Assembly: GCA_963707025.1 (NCBI GenBank)
Contig: CAVPOM010000005.1
Span: 288,001 to 352,000, forward strand
DNA from: an uncultured Verrucomicrobiae bacterium
Lineage (GTDB): Bacteria; Verrucomicrobiota; Verrucomicrobiia; Limisphaerales; Palsa-1400
Length of the DNA stretch: 64,000 bases
Reading direction: 5' to 3'
Shown here one piece after another: positions 31,104-40,179 of the stretch. The translations under genes and the position numbers were made by a program. Within the stretch, counting starts at the first letter, position 1, and every line of letters starts with the position of its first letter. The notes under the pieces are model-generated. The model made no database searches. It saw only the letters and a program-made list of their open reading frames with translations, and was not told the DNA's origin.

Positions 31104-31490
31104 CCAAACGCAAAGCGGCCAACCGTCCAGGGCGAGATTCGCCAGAACGTCCAGCCCGGCTCGCAAATTTTCACTGACGCCCTCCGCTCATATAACGGAC
31201 TGGAACGCGATTATATCCATCAGACCATTGACCATGCGGAGGCTTATGTGCGGGGGAACGTCCACACGAACGGATTGGAAAATTTTTGGTGCTTGCTCAA
31301 GCGGTGCTTCAAGGGTACACACATCAGTGATGAGCCGTTCCACCTTTTCCGGTATCTCGACGAAGAAGCGTTCCGGTTCAATAATCGGCGGGACAACGAC
31401 GGCGAACGGTCCGTGAAAGCGATGGGGGGGATTGAGGGGCGGCATTTGACATATCGGCAACTGACGAACGGTGCTTTGAATCCAGATTGA
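31104..31490 (+). pseudogene. IS1595-family transposase, C-terminal fragment
   Basis: PGSQIFTDALRSYNGL...DHAEAYVRGNVHTNGLENFW..LKR..HLFRYLDEEAFRFN..LTYRQL; 5' end lost at repeat copy 1. Confidence 0.9.
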
Positions 31491-31567
31491 AGGGGAAGCG
31501 GGCGGCAATACCGGGGTCGGAAAACTGGTGATTAAATCAATGGTGTTGGTGACTTGCGAACTTTTAT

Positions 31568-34498
31568 ATGTCCGAGGAATTACTCCAAAAGGGTTATCTT
31601 GACCGAAAGGATCGAGCAAAAGGTGATGCGGTTGGGCCTTACGAGGGCTTCAACATTGGAGCAACCACGTTTGAACAGTTGCGTGCGGTTGGCATTATTC
31701 CAGATAGGTCATACGGCAGACATTCCAAGCGAAAACCAGATGGCATTGTTGTTGACCGGAGAGGCACTGTGCCAGTGGTTAAGTTCGTTGCCGAATTTAA
31801 AAATACTGGCGAATTAAACTCCGCCTCCAGGCTCCAAGATTTCAGCGAAAAAACAGCCGATGAATATTGCCGACCGCTGGAGTGCGAGTTTGGCGGTGTC
31901 AGTGACATGGAGAACAATTCATGGCTGTTGGTGACTCCAAAACAATGGCGCATTATTCTTCGGGAAGACGATTACCCGCTTGATTATCCAATAAACCTAG
32001 CCCGAGACGATGGCAGGTCACTGATTGGCCGGACATTACTCAGACTTGAAACAAACCTCAATAAACCAAGGGGAATAATCGAACCTGTTGAAGCTGTGAA
32101 TCCGACTCGATTGGCTGAACAGACATGGCAGGACATTTGGCTTGCATGTGGGGAACAGCCGGAAGCGTGCCTTGCCACATTTATTGAGATATTGATTTTC
32201 AAGTTTCTTTCTGACCTGGGCGTGTTGAAGGTTAATCCGTCTGGAGTGCCAGTTGACTTCCCAACAGTGTTGAGCAAAAGCCACGACACAATTCTGAAAT
32301 ACTATTTTGAAACAATCCGCCCCGAAATCCGGCGTATCTTCCCACCAGGCGCAGATGCCACATCAATAATAAATGGAATAGTATTCAACCCCAATACCCA
32401 GGGCCAAGGCGAATTGTTCCAGCAAATTCTCCAAAGATTTGAAGATTTTGGGTCGTTGAGACGGATTGACCCCGAATTTAAGTCGCGCATTTTTGAACGG
32501 TTCCTTAAAAAAAGTCTTTCGGTAAAGAATTGGGGACAATACTTCACCCCAAGGAACGTTGTCAAATCTATTGTGGAAATGAGTGGAATTGAACACCTTA
32601 CTTCAGGCTCAGTAGTGGCGGACCCGGCCTGTGGTGTCGGCGGCTTTATTCTTGAGCCACTGATGAATAAACGCCCATACGACTTTCGGGATGCAAATGC
32701 AAAAGGGCTGAATTATGTCGGATGGGATAGGGATGATAAGACCATTATTCTTGCAAAAGCAAATATGCTAGTGCATTTATCGGAGGTTATTGAGCGGGAC
32801 CCGTCTGAGGCGGTCGCTTTCCTTGCTCCCGTCTTGAACACCACTTTTAATTCAGTAAGCAGAAACCTGACAGGCTCTTTGGAACGCGCCCCATCCGATG
32901 TTTTTGACCTCGTAATGACGAACATGCCATACGTCACGAGGGGTACTGGCAAGCAGAGGGAGTTTCTTAAAAGCCACTCTGGTTATTATTCTATTCCAGG
33001 CAGCGGCGTCGAGAATCTGTTTGTTCAGCTAATCATTCATGGACTCAAGCCTGGAGGGAGGGCTTTAATGGTGATCCCAGACGGCCTGTTACTAAGGCAT
33101 TCCGAAAATGCCTTGCGCGCACACATTCTAAACACTTGCATTGTTGAGGCTGTTATTTCCCTCCCCGTCAACACGTTTTATTCAACACCAAAGAAAACAT
33201 ATATTCTCGTTATCAAGAAAAAGCAGCCCTCTGACGCGCACCATCAAACACAGCCTGTTTTCACCTATATAGTAGGCAGCACTGGCGAAACCTTGGATGC
33301 AAAACGGTTTGTTATTGCGGAGAATGATCTTCCTAAAATGGCGTCGCTCTTTAAGGCATTTCAAGGAAATCCTGATGCGTTCTTAACCACAGAACCAAGA
33401 TGCAGGTTATTTTCCGCAAAACGGTTTAAACCAGATGAGCATTGGCTAGTGAATAAATGGTGGCCTTTGGAAGAAAGGGAGGCGCTAGATGACATAGAGG
33501 CCGAATGCTTTGTTGGCTCTGGAGAGTTATCCGCATTGCTCCATGAATCCTCCCGGACGATTTGCAAGTACGCAAACAGTTTGGCACTAATTGAACGTAC
33601 CGCCAAGATTGAACGAACGGTCACTCTCTTGTTGTCCGATAAACGATATTTTAGAATGTCCATTCGCAAGCGCGTTTTAATGCGTGATCTGTTCCGGGTT
33701 GAAGGTGGAACAATACCACTTTATTCCGCAAACGTGGAACCCGGAATGGAGCATGGATGGGTAGCAAGATCGAGGATTGTGGATTTTACCAACCCCTCTC
33801 TTCTATGGAGTATTGACAGCGATTTTAATATAACAGTCCGCAATGCGGGCGATCAATTTGCCACAACAGACCATTGTGGCAGGCTTCAAATAACAGATGC
33901 TAACTTAGACCCTGCCTATTGCCAGGCGGCAATTGTTTATGGCTATGGGCGCACCTATGGTTTTGACAGGACAATGCGACCATCATTGAAACGCATGAGA
34001 AAAGTCTCACTCCGAGTACCAGTGAAGGCGGACGGGTCATTTGATTTAGAGGCACAACGAGAGTTGGCAAAGGAGTTTATTGCAGTTCAGGAGGCGGTTA
34101 AAAACGCTGCCGCCAGCCTTGAGGCGATTGTGGAACTAAAACCCAAAGCGGATTTGCCAAAAGACGCAAAAGATTTAGGATGGCAGCCAGAATTTGTAGG
34201 GAACGAAGGAATAAAAGCGAATCAACAAAACTTTGATGCGTTGGCTGAAAGATGGGACAGGGATACGGGTATGCTCTCTGTGATTCATCAAAAGGTAAGT
34301 CATCCTTCTTATCAGAGAATAATAGACATGGGAACACCTGCATTGCCTTTTATTTTCATGGAATTACAAAAGACGCCGGCTCATTGGATGCCAGCCCTGA
34401 AAGCCATCACTGGCATGGATGTTCCTAAACCGGGAAGCAATGTTAGAGAGGCAATCCAAGCATGGCTCGAATGGGGAAAGTCAAATCATTATATCTAA
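31568..34498 (+). CDS. Type IIG-like restriction-modification protein (PD-(D/E)xK + amino-MTase + TRD) with an extra ~90-aa C-terminal domain
   Basis: KPDGIVV...AEFK; GQYFTPR; DPACGVGGF; motif IV NMPY; HsdS-like TRD; tail HPSYQRIIDMG...HWMPALKAITG...AWLEWG. Confidence 0.85.
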   Translation: MSEELLQKGYLDRKDRAKGDAVGPYEGFNIGATTFEQLRAVGIIPDRSYGRHSKRKPDGIVVDRRGTVPVVKFVAEFKNTGELNSASRLQDFSEKTADEYCRPLECEFGGVSDMENNSWLLVTPKQWRIILREDDYPLDYPINLARDDGRSLIGRTLLRLETNLNKPRGIIEPVEAVNPTRLAEQTWQDIWLACGEQPEACLATFIEILIFKFLSDLGVLKVNPSGVPVDFPTVLSKSHDTILKYYFETIRPEIRRIFPPGADATSIINGIVFNPNTQGQGELFQQILQRFEDFGSLRRIDPEFKSRIFERFLKKSLSVKNWGQYFTPRNVVKSIVEMSGIEHLTSGSVVADPACGVGGFILEPLMNKRPYDFRDANAKGLNYVGWDRDDKTIILAKANMLVHLSEVIERDPSEAVAFLAPVLNTTFNSVSRNLTGSLERAPSDVFDLVMTNMPYVTRGTGKQREFLKSHSGYYSIPGSGVENLFVQLIIHGLKPGGRALMVIPDGLLLRHSENALRAHILNTCIVEAVISLPVNTFYSTPKKTYILVIKKKQPSDAHHQTQPVFTYIVGSTGETLDAKRFVIAENDLPKMASLFKAFQGNPDAFLTTEPRCRLFSAKRFKPDEHWLVNKWWPLEEREALDDIEAECFVGSGELSALLHESSRTICKYANSLALIERTAKIERTVTLLLSDKRYFRMSIRKRVLMRDLFRVEGGTIPLYSANVEPGMEHGWVARSRIVDFTNPSLLWSIDSDFNITVRNAGDQFATTDHCGRLQITDANLDPAYCQAAIVYGYGRTYGFDRTMRPSLKRMRKVSLRVPVKADGSFDLEAQRELAKEFIAVQEAVKNAAASLEAIVELKPKADLPKDAKDLGWQPEFVGNEGIKANQQNFDALAERWDRDTGMLSVIHQKVSHPSYQRIIDMGTPALPFIFMELQKTPAHWMPALKAITGMDVPKPGSNVREAIQAWLEWGKSNHYI

Positions 34499-34941
34499 TG
34501 GGTGTCGCAATCATAGAAAAAGCGTTCCCAAAAATTCGTAAAGAGGGATACAAAATCGCCAGCACCGAAACAGTGAACTATAATTGTTTTGGCTGGGCGA
34601 TCCATGATGCGTCTAGGTGGTGGTCTCCGATTGAAAATAATGGCTACCACTGGCCGGAAAGTTTTTCAAGGGACTTGGATGTCGGTAATTACGTAAAGCT
34701 CTTCCAATCCGTCGGCAATTTTAAGCCGTGCCAAAATGGAGATTATGAGGATGGTTTTGAGAAAATCGCCATTTACGCGAACAGCCAGGGGCACGCCACG
34801 CACGCCGCCCGGCAGATTTCATCCAGGAAATGGACAAGCAAACTTGGCGATTGGGAAGATGTGGAACATGATACGCTTGAGGCGTTAGAGGGTGATTTTT
34901 ACGGGAAAGTCGTGCAAATTTTGAAAAGAGCGGTACAATGA
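34498..34941 (+). CDS. Papain-like Cys/His small protein (DUF7689-like)
   Basis: YNCFGWA, WWSP..YHWP, THAARQ, WTSKLG; TAATG overlap with the R-M gene. Confidence 0.7.
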   Translation: MGVAIIEKAFPKIRKEGYKIASTETVNYNCFGWAIHDASRWWSPIENNGYHWPESFSRDLDVGNYVKLFQSVGNFKPCQNGDYEDGFEKIAIYANSQGHATHAARQISSRKWTSKLGDWEDVEHDTLEALEGDFYGKVVQILKRAVQ

Positions 34942-34945
34942 ATTG

Positions 34946-35119
34946 ATGAGCGATGGAAAAAAACATATTTCGGCCAACGAAGTGCCGCTGATTCCGATAG
35001 GCGACTTTAAAAAAGTCGTCAAGAAAATCCTGTCGAATACGAAGGCGGAGTCGGATCGGGCGCTGGCTGAATTTCAGGCCAGCAACCTGCGAAGGCGTGA
35101 TGCTAAGAAACGCTGTTAG
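34946..35119 (+). CDS. 57-aa basic hypothetical protein (below the ORF-track cutoff)
   Basis: MSDGKKHISANEVPLIPIGDFKKVVKKILSNTKAESDRALAEFQASNLRRRDAKKRC; starts 4 nt after the previous stop. Confidence 0.55.
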   Translation: MSDGKKHISANEVPLIPIGDFKKVVKKILSNTKAESDRALAEFQASNLRRRDAKKRC

Positions 35120-35127
35120 AGTCTGCA

Positions 35128-35202
35128 TCCAGAGTAGCTCAATGGTAGAGCGCGCGGCTGTTAACCGTGATGTTGCAGGTTCGAGCCCTGCCTCTGGAGC
35201 CA
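35128..35202 (+). tRNA. tRNA-Asn(GTT)
   Basis: Full cloverleaf: TCCAGAG/CTCTGGA acceptor, GCTC/GAGC D-stem, CTGTTAA loop, GCAGG-TTCGAGC-CCTGC, encoded CCA. Confidence 0.97.
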
Positions 35203-35232
35203 GCCTTATGTTGTTACAAATATATTATTACC

Positions 35233-35322
35233 TAGATTTGGCCTGTATAGACCCATCTATAACTCAATGATTTACAGGCTATTACGCATTTTCTTGTGTA
35301 AATGTATGGCCTGACCCCTTGC
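35233..35322 (+). repeat. Direct repeat copy 2 (~90 bp)
   Basis: Matches 31013-31102 at an offset of 4220; ends ctgaccccttgc. Confidence 0.92.
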
Positions 35323-35403
35323 CCCATGATTTTGCCATCTCCCCGTCGCCTCTGCCTTGCGCTTCCTGACCTTGCATTTTCCCGCACTCCTCTCCCATCT
35401 CCC

Positions 35404-35490
35404 CATTTTTCATTCTTCATTCTGCATTCTGCATTTCCCCTCCGTTGCCTCAGTTGCCTCCTGTTCAAAACGGCTTCTGCATTTTGCATT
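35404..35490. repeat. Heptamer (CATTCTG-type) and nonamer short tandem repeats
   Basis: cattttt cattctt cattctg cattctg catttcc; cctccgttg cctcagttg cctcctgtt. Confidence 0.75.
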
Positions 35491-35624
35491 TCCGAATCTT
35501 TCTGACCCCATCTTCCTGACGCCGCACTCCTGTGCAAAACTCCTTCCACATCCGCGTCCATCCGGATTCATTGGTGGTTCTCGCCATCCTCCAAACGCCA
35601 TCTTCCACGACGGATTCGGCTATT

Positions 35625-36295
35625 TTAGGCGCGGTATCTCCATTGGCAGCGCACGCGGTAGAGGCGCTCCGTGAAACCGCCTTCTTCCACAAAGTTTTTC
35701 TCCAGTGTGGCGATCTGGCGGTCGAGCAGGTAACATGCGAGGTTTAGCAGCGAGAGCGCGGCATTGGCCACGAGTTCAGCAGAAGACACGGACGGAGACG
35801 GACTATCACGGACAGGCACTGACGGGGCGGGTTGCTGCTGTGCCGGTCCGAGTGTGTCCTTGTTCGTCCTCGCTGTTTGCCGTTCCTCCTGCACCCAGGC
35901 CCGCACTTGTTGCAGCGTGGCGCACCGCTTGGCTTTGAAGCGCATCAGCGCGGGGTGTTTTGGCGGCCACTGCGCCAGGCCGCGCTGCCGCAGATAATCC
36001 TCATAGTCCAGCCGCAGTTCCTCCAGGCTGGCGCGGGCCACGCTGGTGAGCTTGAGTTCGGTTTTCTTGGACGTGCCGCTGGCCTGGCTGCTCTCCGCGA
36101 TGTTCTGCACGCCCGACCGCGCCGCCTGCACCATCTGATCGTGCGTGCGGCTGCGTTTCTCGAGGTAGCGGTCGCAAAACCGCACCGTCACATCGTACGC
36201 CAGTTGCGCCACCTGAAAACTTTTCAACTTCCGGCAGCCGCCATGCAGCGGAATCAGTTTTTCCGGCCCAGTGATTTTTCAAATGTTGCTTCCAT
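35625..36295 (-). CDS. Four-helix-bundle suffix-domain protein (start uncertain; apparent frameshift near 36270)
   Basis: LIPLHGGCRKLKSFQ, DQMVQAARSGVQNIAE, VARASLEELRLDYED, FVEEGGFTERLY. Confidence 0.85.
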
Positions 36296-36338
36296 TTAGC
36301 ATTTATCATTTATAATTCATCCTTGCCCTTTTCCCCTC

Positions 36339-37388
36339 CTAAACCGGAGCGGCGGCGGGGCGCGGGGCGGAGTCGGCCAGCCAGTTTTTGGCCATGTTAT
36401 CCAGGGCCTTGATCCACAGGGGATGGGTGTTCAAACAGGGCACCAGCGTCAATTCCCCGCCGCCTGCCGCGCGAAAGGTCTCGCGCCCGCGCATGCCGAT
36501 TTCTTCCAGCGTTTCCAGGCAGTCCGAGACGAAGGATGGACAGATGACCAGGAGCTGGCGGATGCCGGCCCTGGCCAGGCCCGCAATGACGCGGTCGGTA
36601 TAGGGTTTGAGCCACGGTTCGCGTCCCAATCGGGATTGAAAGGCGATGGAATGCATGTGTTTTGGAATCGAGGCCATGCGCACAAATGCTTCCACCGTTT
36701 TGAAACACTGCGCGCGATAGCAGGTGTCCAGCACCGGACAGCCGTCCCCGCAGCAATCCCTCCGGATCAGGCAATGGCGGCCGCTGGGGTCGGCTTTGCG
36801 CAAATGCCGCTCGGGTATGCCATGAAAACTGAAGAGCAAGTGGTCGTAATCCTGTTTCAAATACTCCGAGGCGTTGGCCGTCATGGCCCGGATGTAATCG
36901 GGGTGATCGTAATAGGGCGGCGCGACCGTGAGCGACATGCGCGGCGCCTCCCTGGCCATGACTTCCCGCACCCGCGCGACGGCGGTTTCATAGCTGGACA
37001 TGGCATAGTGGGGAAAAAGCGGGATGAGCAGCACCTCCTGGATGCCTTGGTCCCGCAACTTGCGGATGGCCCCGGGGATGGACGGGTTGCGATAACGCAT
37101 CGCCAGCTCCACCGTCATGGCGGCGCGGTCTTGCAGCGCCTCCCGCACTTTGCGGCTGGTCGCCACCAGGGGCGAGCCTTCGGGGGTCCAGATTTTTTTG
37201 TAGGCTTCAGCCGACTGGGCGGCGCGTCTGGGCAAAATGGCGAGGTGAACCAGGCACCAGCGCACCGGATAGAACGCATCCAGAACGCGGCCATCCATGA
37301 GAAATTCACCCAGATAGGCCCGCACATCTGCGACGGAGACGGAATCAGGCGATCCCAGATTGACCAGAAGCACGGCTCGCTGGTTCAT
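36339..37388 (-). CDS. hemH: Ferrochelatase
   Basis: LLVNLGSP, LFSFHGIP, FQSRLG..WLKPYT, FVSDCLETLEE. Confidence 0.96.
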   Translation of the reverse strand: MNQRAVLLVNLGSPDSVSVADVRAYLGEFLMDGRVLDAFYPVRWCLVHLAILPRRAAQSAEAYKKIWTPEGSPLVATSRKVREALQDRAAMTVELAMRYRNPSIPGAIRKLRDQGIQEVLLIPLFPHYAMSSYETAVARVREVMAREAPRMSLTVAPPYYDHPDYIRAMTANASEYLKQDYDHLLFSFHGIPERHLRKADPSGRHCLIRRDCCGDGCPVLDTCYRAQCFKTVEAFVRMASIPKHMHSIAFQSRLGREPWLKPYTDRVIAGLARAGIRQLLVICPSFVSDCLETLEEIGMRGRETFRAAGGGELTLVPCLNTHPLWIKALDNMAKNWLADSAPRPAAAPV

Positions 37389-38803
37389 ACGGAAACGGGG
37401 TGGTCCAAGCCCTTGGCGCGCCTGGCATCTGCGGCCAGGAAAGTCTGGATTCTCTCCGCCGCATGGTGGGCGGAGAGGATGGAATCGCCCAGGGAAATGC
37501 CGTCGCGGGCGTGCCCGGCCACAAACAGGCCCGGCGCCTTCAACTCCATGTCGTTCATCAACGCGCGGAATTTTCCGAAACCCAGGTTGTATTGCGGAAT
37601 GGCCTGGCGATAGACGGCGACATGCTGAAAGGTGGGCCGGCCCCGGACGCCCAAAATTATTTCCAGGTTTCTGACGGCGATTTCCGTCAGCACCTCGGGG
37701 GTGTTCAGGGGCAGCAGCGGAGCGCGCGCGCCGCCGAGGTAACAGGTGATGACCACTTGGCCTTGCGGGGCGCGATTGGGAAAGAGCGAGGAGGAGAAAA
37801 GCGCGCCCAGGATGTTAAACCCTTCCTTCTCCGGTATGAGCATGCCAAATCCATCGAGCGGATGGGCCACATCGGCACGGCGAAAGCCCAGCACGACTGA
37901 GGCCACGGGTGGATAATAGACTTCGGCCAGCGACGAAATCTCCAGCGCCGGAGTGGTGTTAATCTCCAGCGAAGCCATTTTGTGGCTCGGCAGGGCGAGC
38001 AGGACGGCGGCGCACTCGATCGGATTGCCCTCCCCTCCCTGTTCCAATTCCACCAACCAGCCCTCCTCCGTCCGCCGCAACCCCGCAATGGGCGCGGAGG
38101 TTTCAATGGCGCCGTCCAGGCCGGCTTGCAGCGCTTCAATGAGCACCTGCAACCCGTCATCGAAGGAAAACTTCTTCGCATCTTGTTTGGAGACTTCGCC
38201 GCTGCGTTTGCGTTCGCGCGCGCCCAGGAATTGCCCCAAAAACAGGGAACGATAGCGCTGCTCCAGCAGATGGAGTTTGGGAAAGGCCTGCGACACCGAA
38301 AGAAGCCTGGGGTTGCCGGCGTAAATTCCGGCCACCAACGGATCAATGGCGTAATCGAGAAATTCCTGGCCGAGCCGCCGCTGGACAAATTGGGCGATGG
38401 ATTCTTCCAAACCTGCCGGCGCCCGCCGGATGAACGGCTCGGCCAAAACGCGCAACTTGGCGGCCGCCGAAAACAGCGGCGTGGTCAGAAAACGGGCCGC
38501 GGAAGTCGGAATTTCCACCGGCCTTTTGTCGCGCACCACGAAGCGCTTTTCCGCGGACGGATCGGAATAAAGCCGGCGCGATTCCAACCCCAGGTCGCGC
38601 ACCAGATCGGAAATGACCGGGGAGGTCTCCAGGATGCTGTTGGGGCCAAATTCGGCCAGATAGCCGTCGCGCCGCACGGATTGGATCACTCCGCCCACGC
38701 GTGCGGAGGCCTCCAGCAGGATGACGGGGATGTCTCGTTGTTTGAGACAAAAGGCCGCAGTCAGCCCGGTAATGCCGCCTCCGATGATGGCCACAGGTTT
38801 CAT
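37385..38803 (-). CDS. hemY: Protoporphyrinogen oxidase (HemY/HemG flavoprotein)
   Basis: IIGGGITGL, EFGPNS, GFGMLIP, AIPQY. Confidence 0.92.
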   Translation of the reverse strand: MKPVAIIGGGITGLTAAFCLKQRDIPVILLEASARVGGVIQSVRRDGYLAEFGPNSILETSPVISDLVRDLGLESRRLYSDPSAEKRFVVRDKRPVEIPTSAARFLTTPLFSAAAKLRVLAEPFIRRAPAGLEESIAQFVQRRLGQEFLDYAIDPLVAGIYAGNPRLLSVSQAFPKLHLLEQRYRSLFLGQFLGARERKRSGEVSKQDAKKFSFDDGLQVLIEALQAGLDGAIETSAPIAGLRRTEEGWLVELEQGGEGNPIECAAVLLALPSHKMASLEINTTPALEISSLAEVYYPPVASVVLGFRRADVAHPLDGFGMLIPEKEGFNILGALFSSSLFPNRAPQGQVVITCYLGGARAPLLPLNTPEVLTEIAVRNLEIILGVRGRPTFQHVAVYRQAIPQYNLGFGKFRALMNDMELKAPGLFVAGHARDGISLGDSILSAHHAAERIQTFLAADARRAKGLDHPVSV

Positions 38804-40179
38804 ATTGTCTTGGAAAAGCGCCGTTCCTTGGCGTTGGCGAGATAGCGATCGAAGCGCATGGCAATATTGCGGATGAAAAGGCGGCCCACCTCGTTGACGA
38901 CCAGGCCATCGGGGCGGCGCTGCAACAGGCCGTCCTTTTCAAGGTCCGTCAGGGAGTCCAGTTCGGCCTTAAAATAGCCGGCAAAGTCTATTCCCAGGTC
39001 CTTGGAAAGTCCGGCATAGTCCAGACTCAGGTCGCACATCAAGCGCATGATGGCATGGCGGCGGATCTTGTCGTCGCTGCTTAAAATGTAGCCCTTGGCA
39101 AAAGGCTCCCAGCCGGAATCCAGCACCTCATAGTATCCGGCCAAATCCTTGATGTTTTGCCAATAGACGCCGTCGGCCTGCGAGATGGCCGACATGCCAA
39201 AGGCATAAATGTCCGCCCCGCCTTTGGTGCTGTAGCCCTGGAAATTGCGCTGCAAAGTTTTCTGCCGTTGCGCCACCGCCAGTTCATCCGTCGGGCGGGC
39301 GAAGTGATCCATGCCGATGTAGGTGTACTGGTCGTTGTGCGTCAGCTTCTCGATGACCAGTTTTAAAATGGCCAGCTTGGTTTGCGCGCTGGGCAAAGCC
39401 GCCTCCTGTTCCAGAATTTTCTGCGCCGGCTTCATCCACGGCACATGCGCATAACTGAACACCGCCAGCCGGTCCGGCCCAAGGCCGATGATTTGATCCA
39501 GGGTTTGCTCGAAGGATTGGACCGTCTGGTAAGGCAACCCGTAAATCAAGTCCACGTTGACCGATGGAAAACCGGCGGCGCGCGCCCACGCGATGGCTTG
39601 TTCCGTTTGGCCGCGCGGTTGAATGCGATGGACCGCCGCCTGGACCGTGGCATTGAAATCCTGCACGCCAATCGAAGCGCGGTTGAACCCCACTTCCCGC
39701 AAGGCCGCCACATGATCCTGCGTTAAGCGGCGCGGATCAATCTCCACTCCCGCTTCCAGGTCGGGCGCCAGATTGAAATGCTTGCGAATGGATTGGCCGA
39801 GCCAGCGAATTTCGCCTGGCGACAGAAACGTCGGCGTGCCGCCGCCCCAGTGCAATTGCACGACTTGGCGCTGCGGATTGAGGCGGGCGCTCATCAGCTC
39901 CATTTCCTGGTCCAGGTATTGCAAGTAGAGCGCCGCTTTTTCCCGTTGGGTCGTGATCACGGTCGTGCAGCCGCAATACCAGCAGAGCGACTCGCAAAAC
40001 GGGATGTGGAAATAGAGGGAAAGCCCGCGCCCGGCCGGCTGCGCCTGGGCGATTCTGGCCGCCACTTCCGGCCAGGTGACCTGGTCGGTAAACTGCGGGG
40101 CGGGCGGATAAGAGGTGTAACGCGGCCCCGGCACGTTATACTTTTGCACCAAATCGAGATCTACATTCAGTTTGCTCAT
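38800..40179 (-). CDS. hemN: Oxygen-independent coproporphyrinogen III oxidase
   Basis: GPRYTSYP, HIPFCESLCWYCGC, WGGGTPT, RNFQGYST; ATG overlaps the hemE stop. Confidence 0.96.
   Translation of the reverse strand: MSKLNVDLDLVQKYNVPGPRYTSYPPAPQFTDQVTWPEVAARIAQAQPAGRGLSLYFHIPFCESLCWYCGCTTVITTQREKAALYLQYLDQEMELMSARLNPQRQVVQLHWGGGTPTFLSPGEIRWLGQSIRKHFNLAPDLEAGVEIDPRRLTQDHVAALREVGFNRASIGVQDFNATVQAAVHRIQPRGQTEQAIAWARAAGFPSVNVDLIYGLPYQTVQSFEQTLDQIIGLGPDRLAVFSYAHVPWMKPAQKILEQEAALPSAQTKLAILKLVIEKLTHNDQYTYIGMDHFARPTDELAVAQRQKTLQRNFQGYSTKGGADIYAFGMSAISQADGVYWQNIKDLAGYYEVLDSGWEPFAKGYILSSDDKIRRHAIMRLMCDLSLDYAGLSKDLGIDFAGYFKAELDSLTDLEKDGLLQRRPDGLVVNEVGRLFIRNIAMRFDRYLANAKERRFSKTI

Larger units (their letters stand above)
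31104..35232 (+). mobile_element. Truncated IS1595-type element with passenger genes and a tRNA
   Basis: Transposase fragment, visibly AT-richer cargo, IS1595-like right end tatattattacc (35221-35232). Confidence 0.6.

Noticed and set aside
35128..35202. tRNA as the attB of an integrative island
   Set aside because: No duplicated tRNA 3' end and no integrase nearby; the cargo lies 5' of the tRNA. A partner outside the window cannot be excluded
35625..36295. Diversity-generating retroelement
   Set aside because: No reverse transcriptase; the 31.0/35.2-kb repeat differences are not adenine-specific
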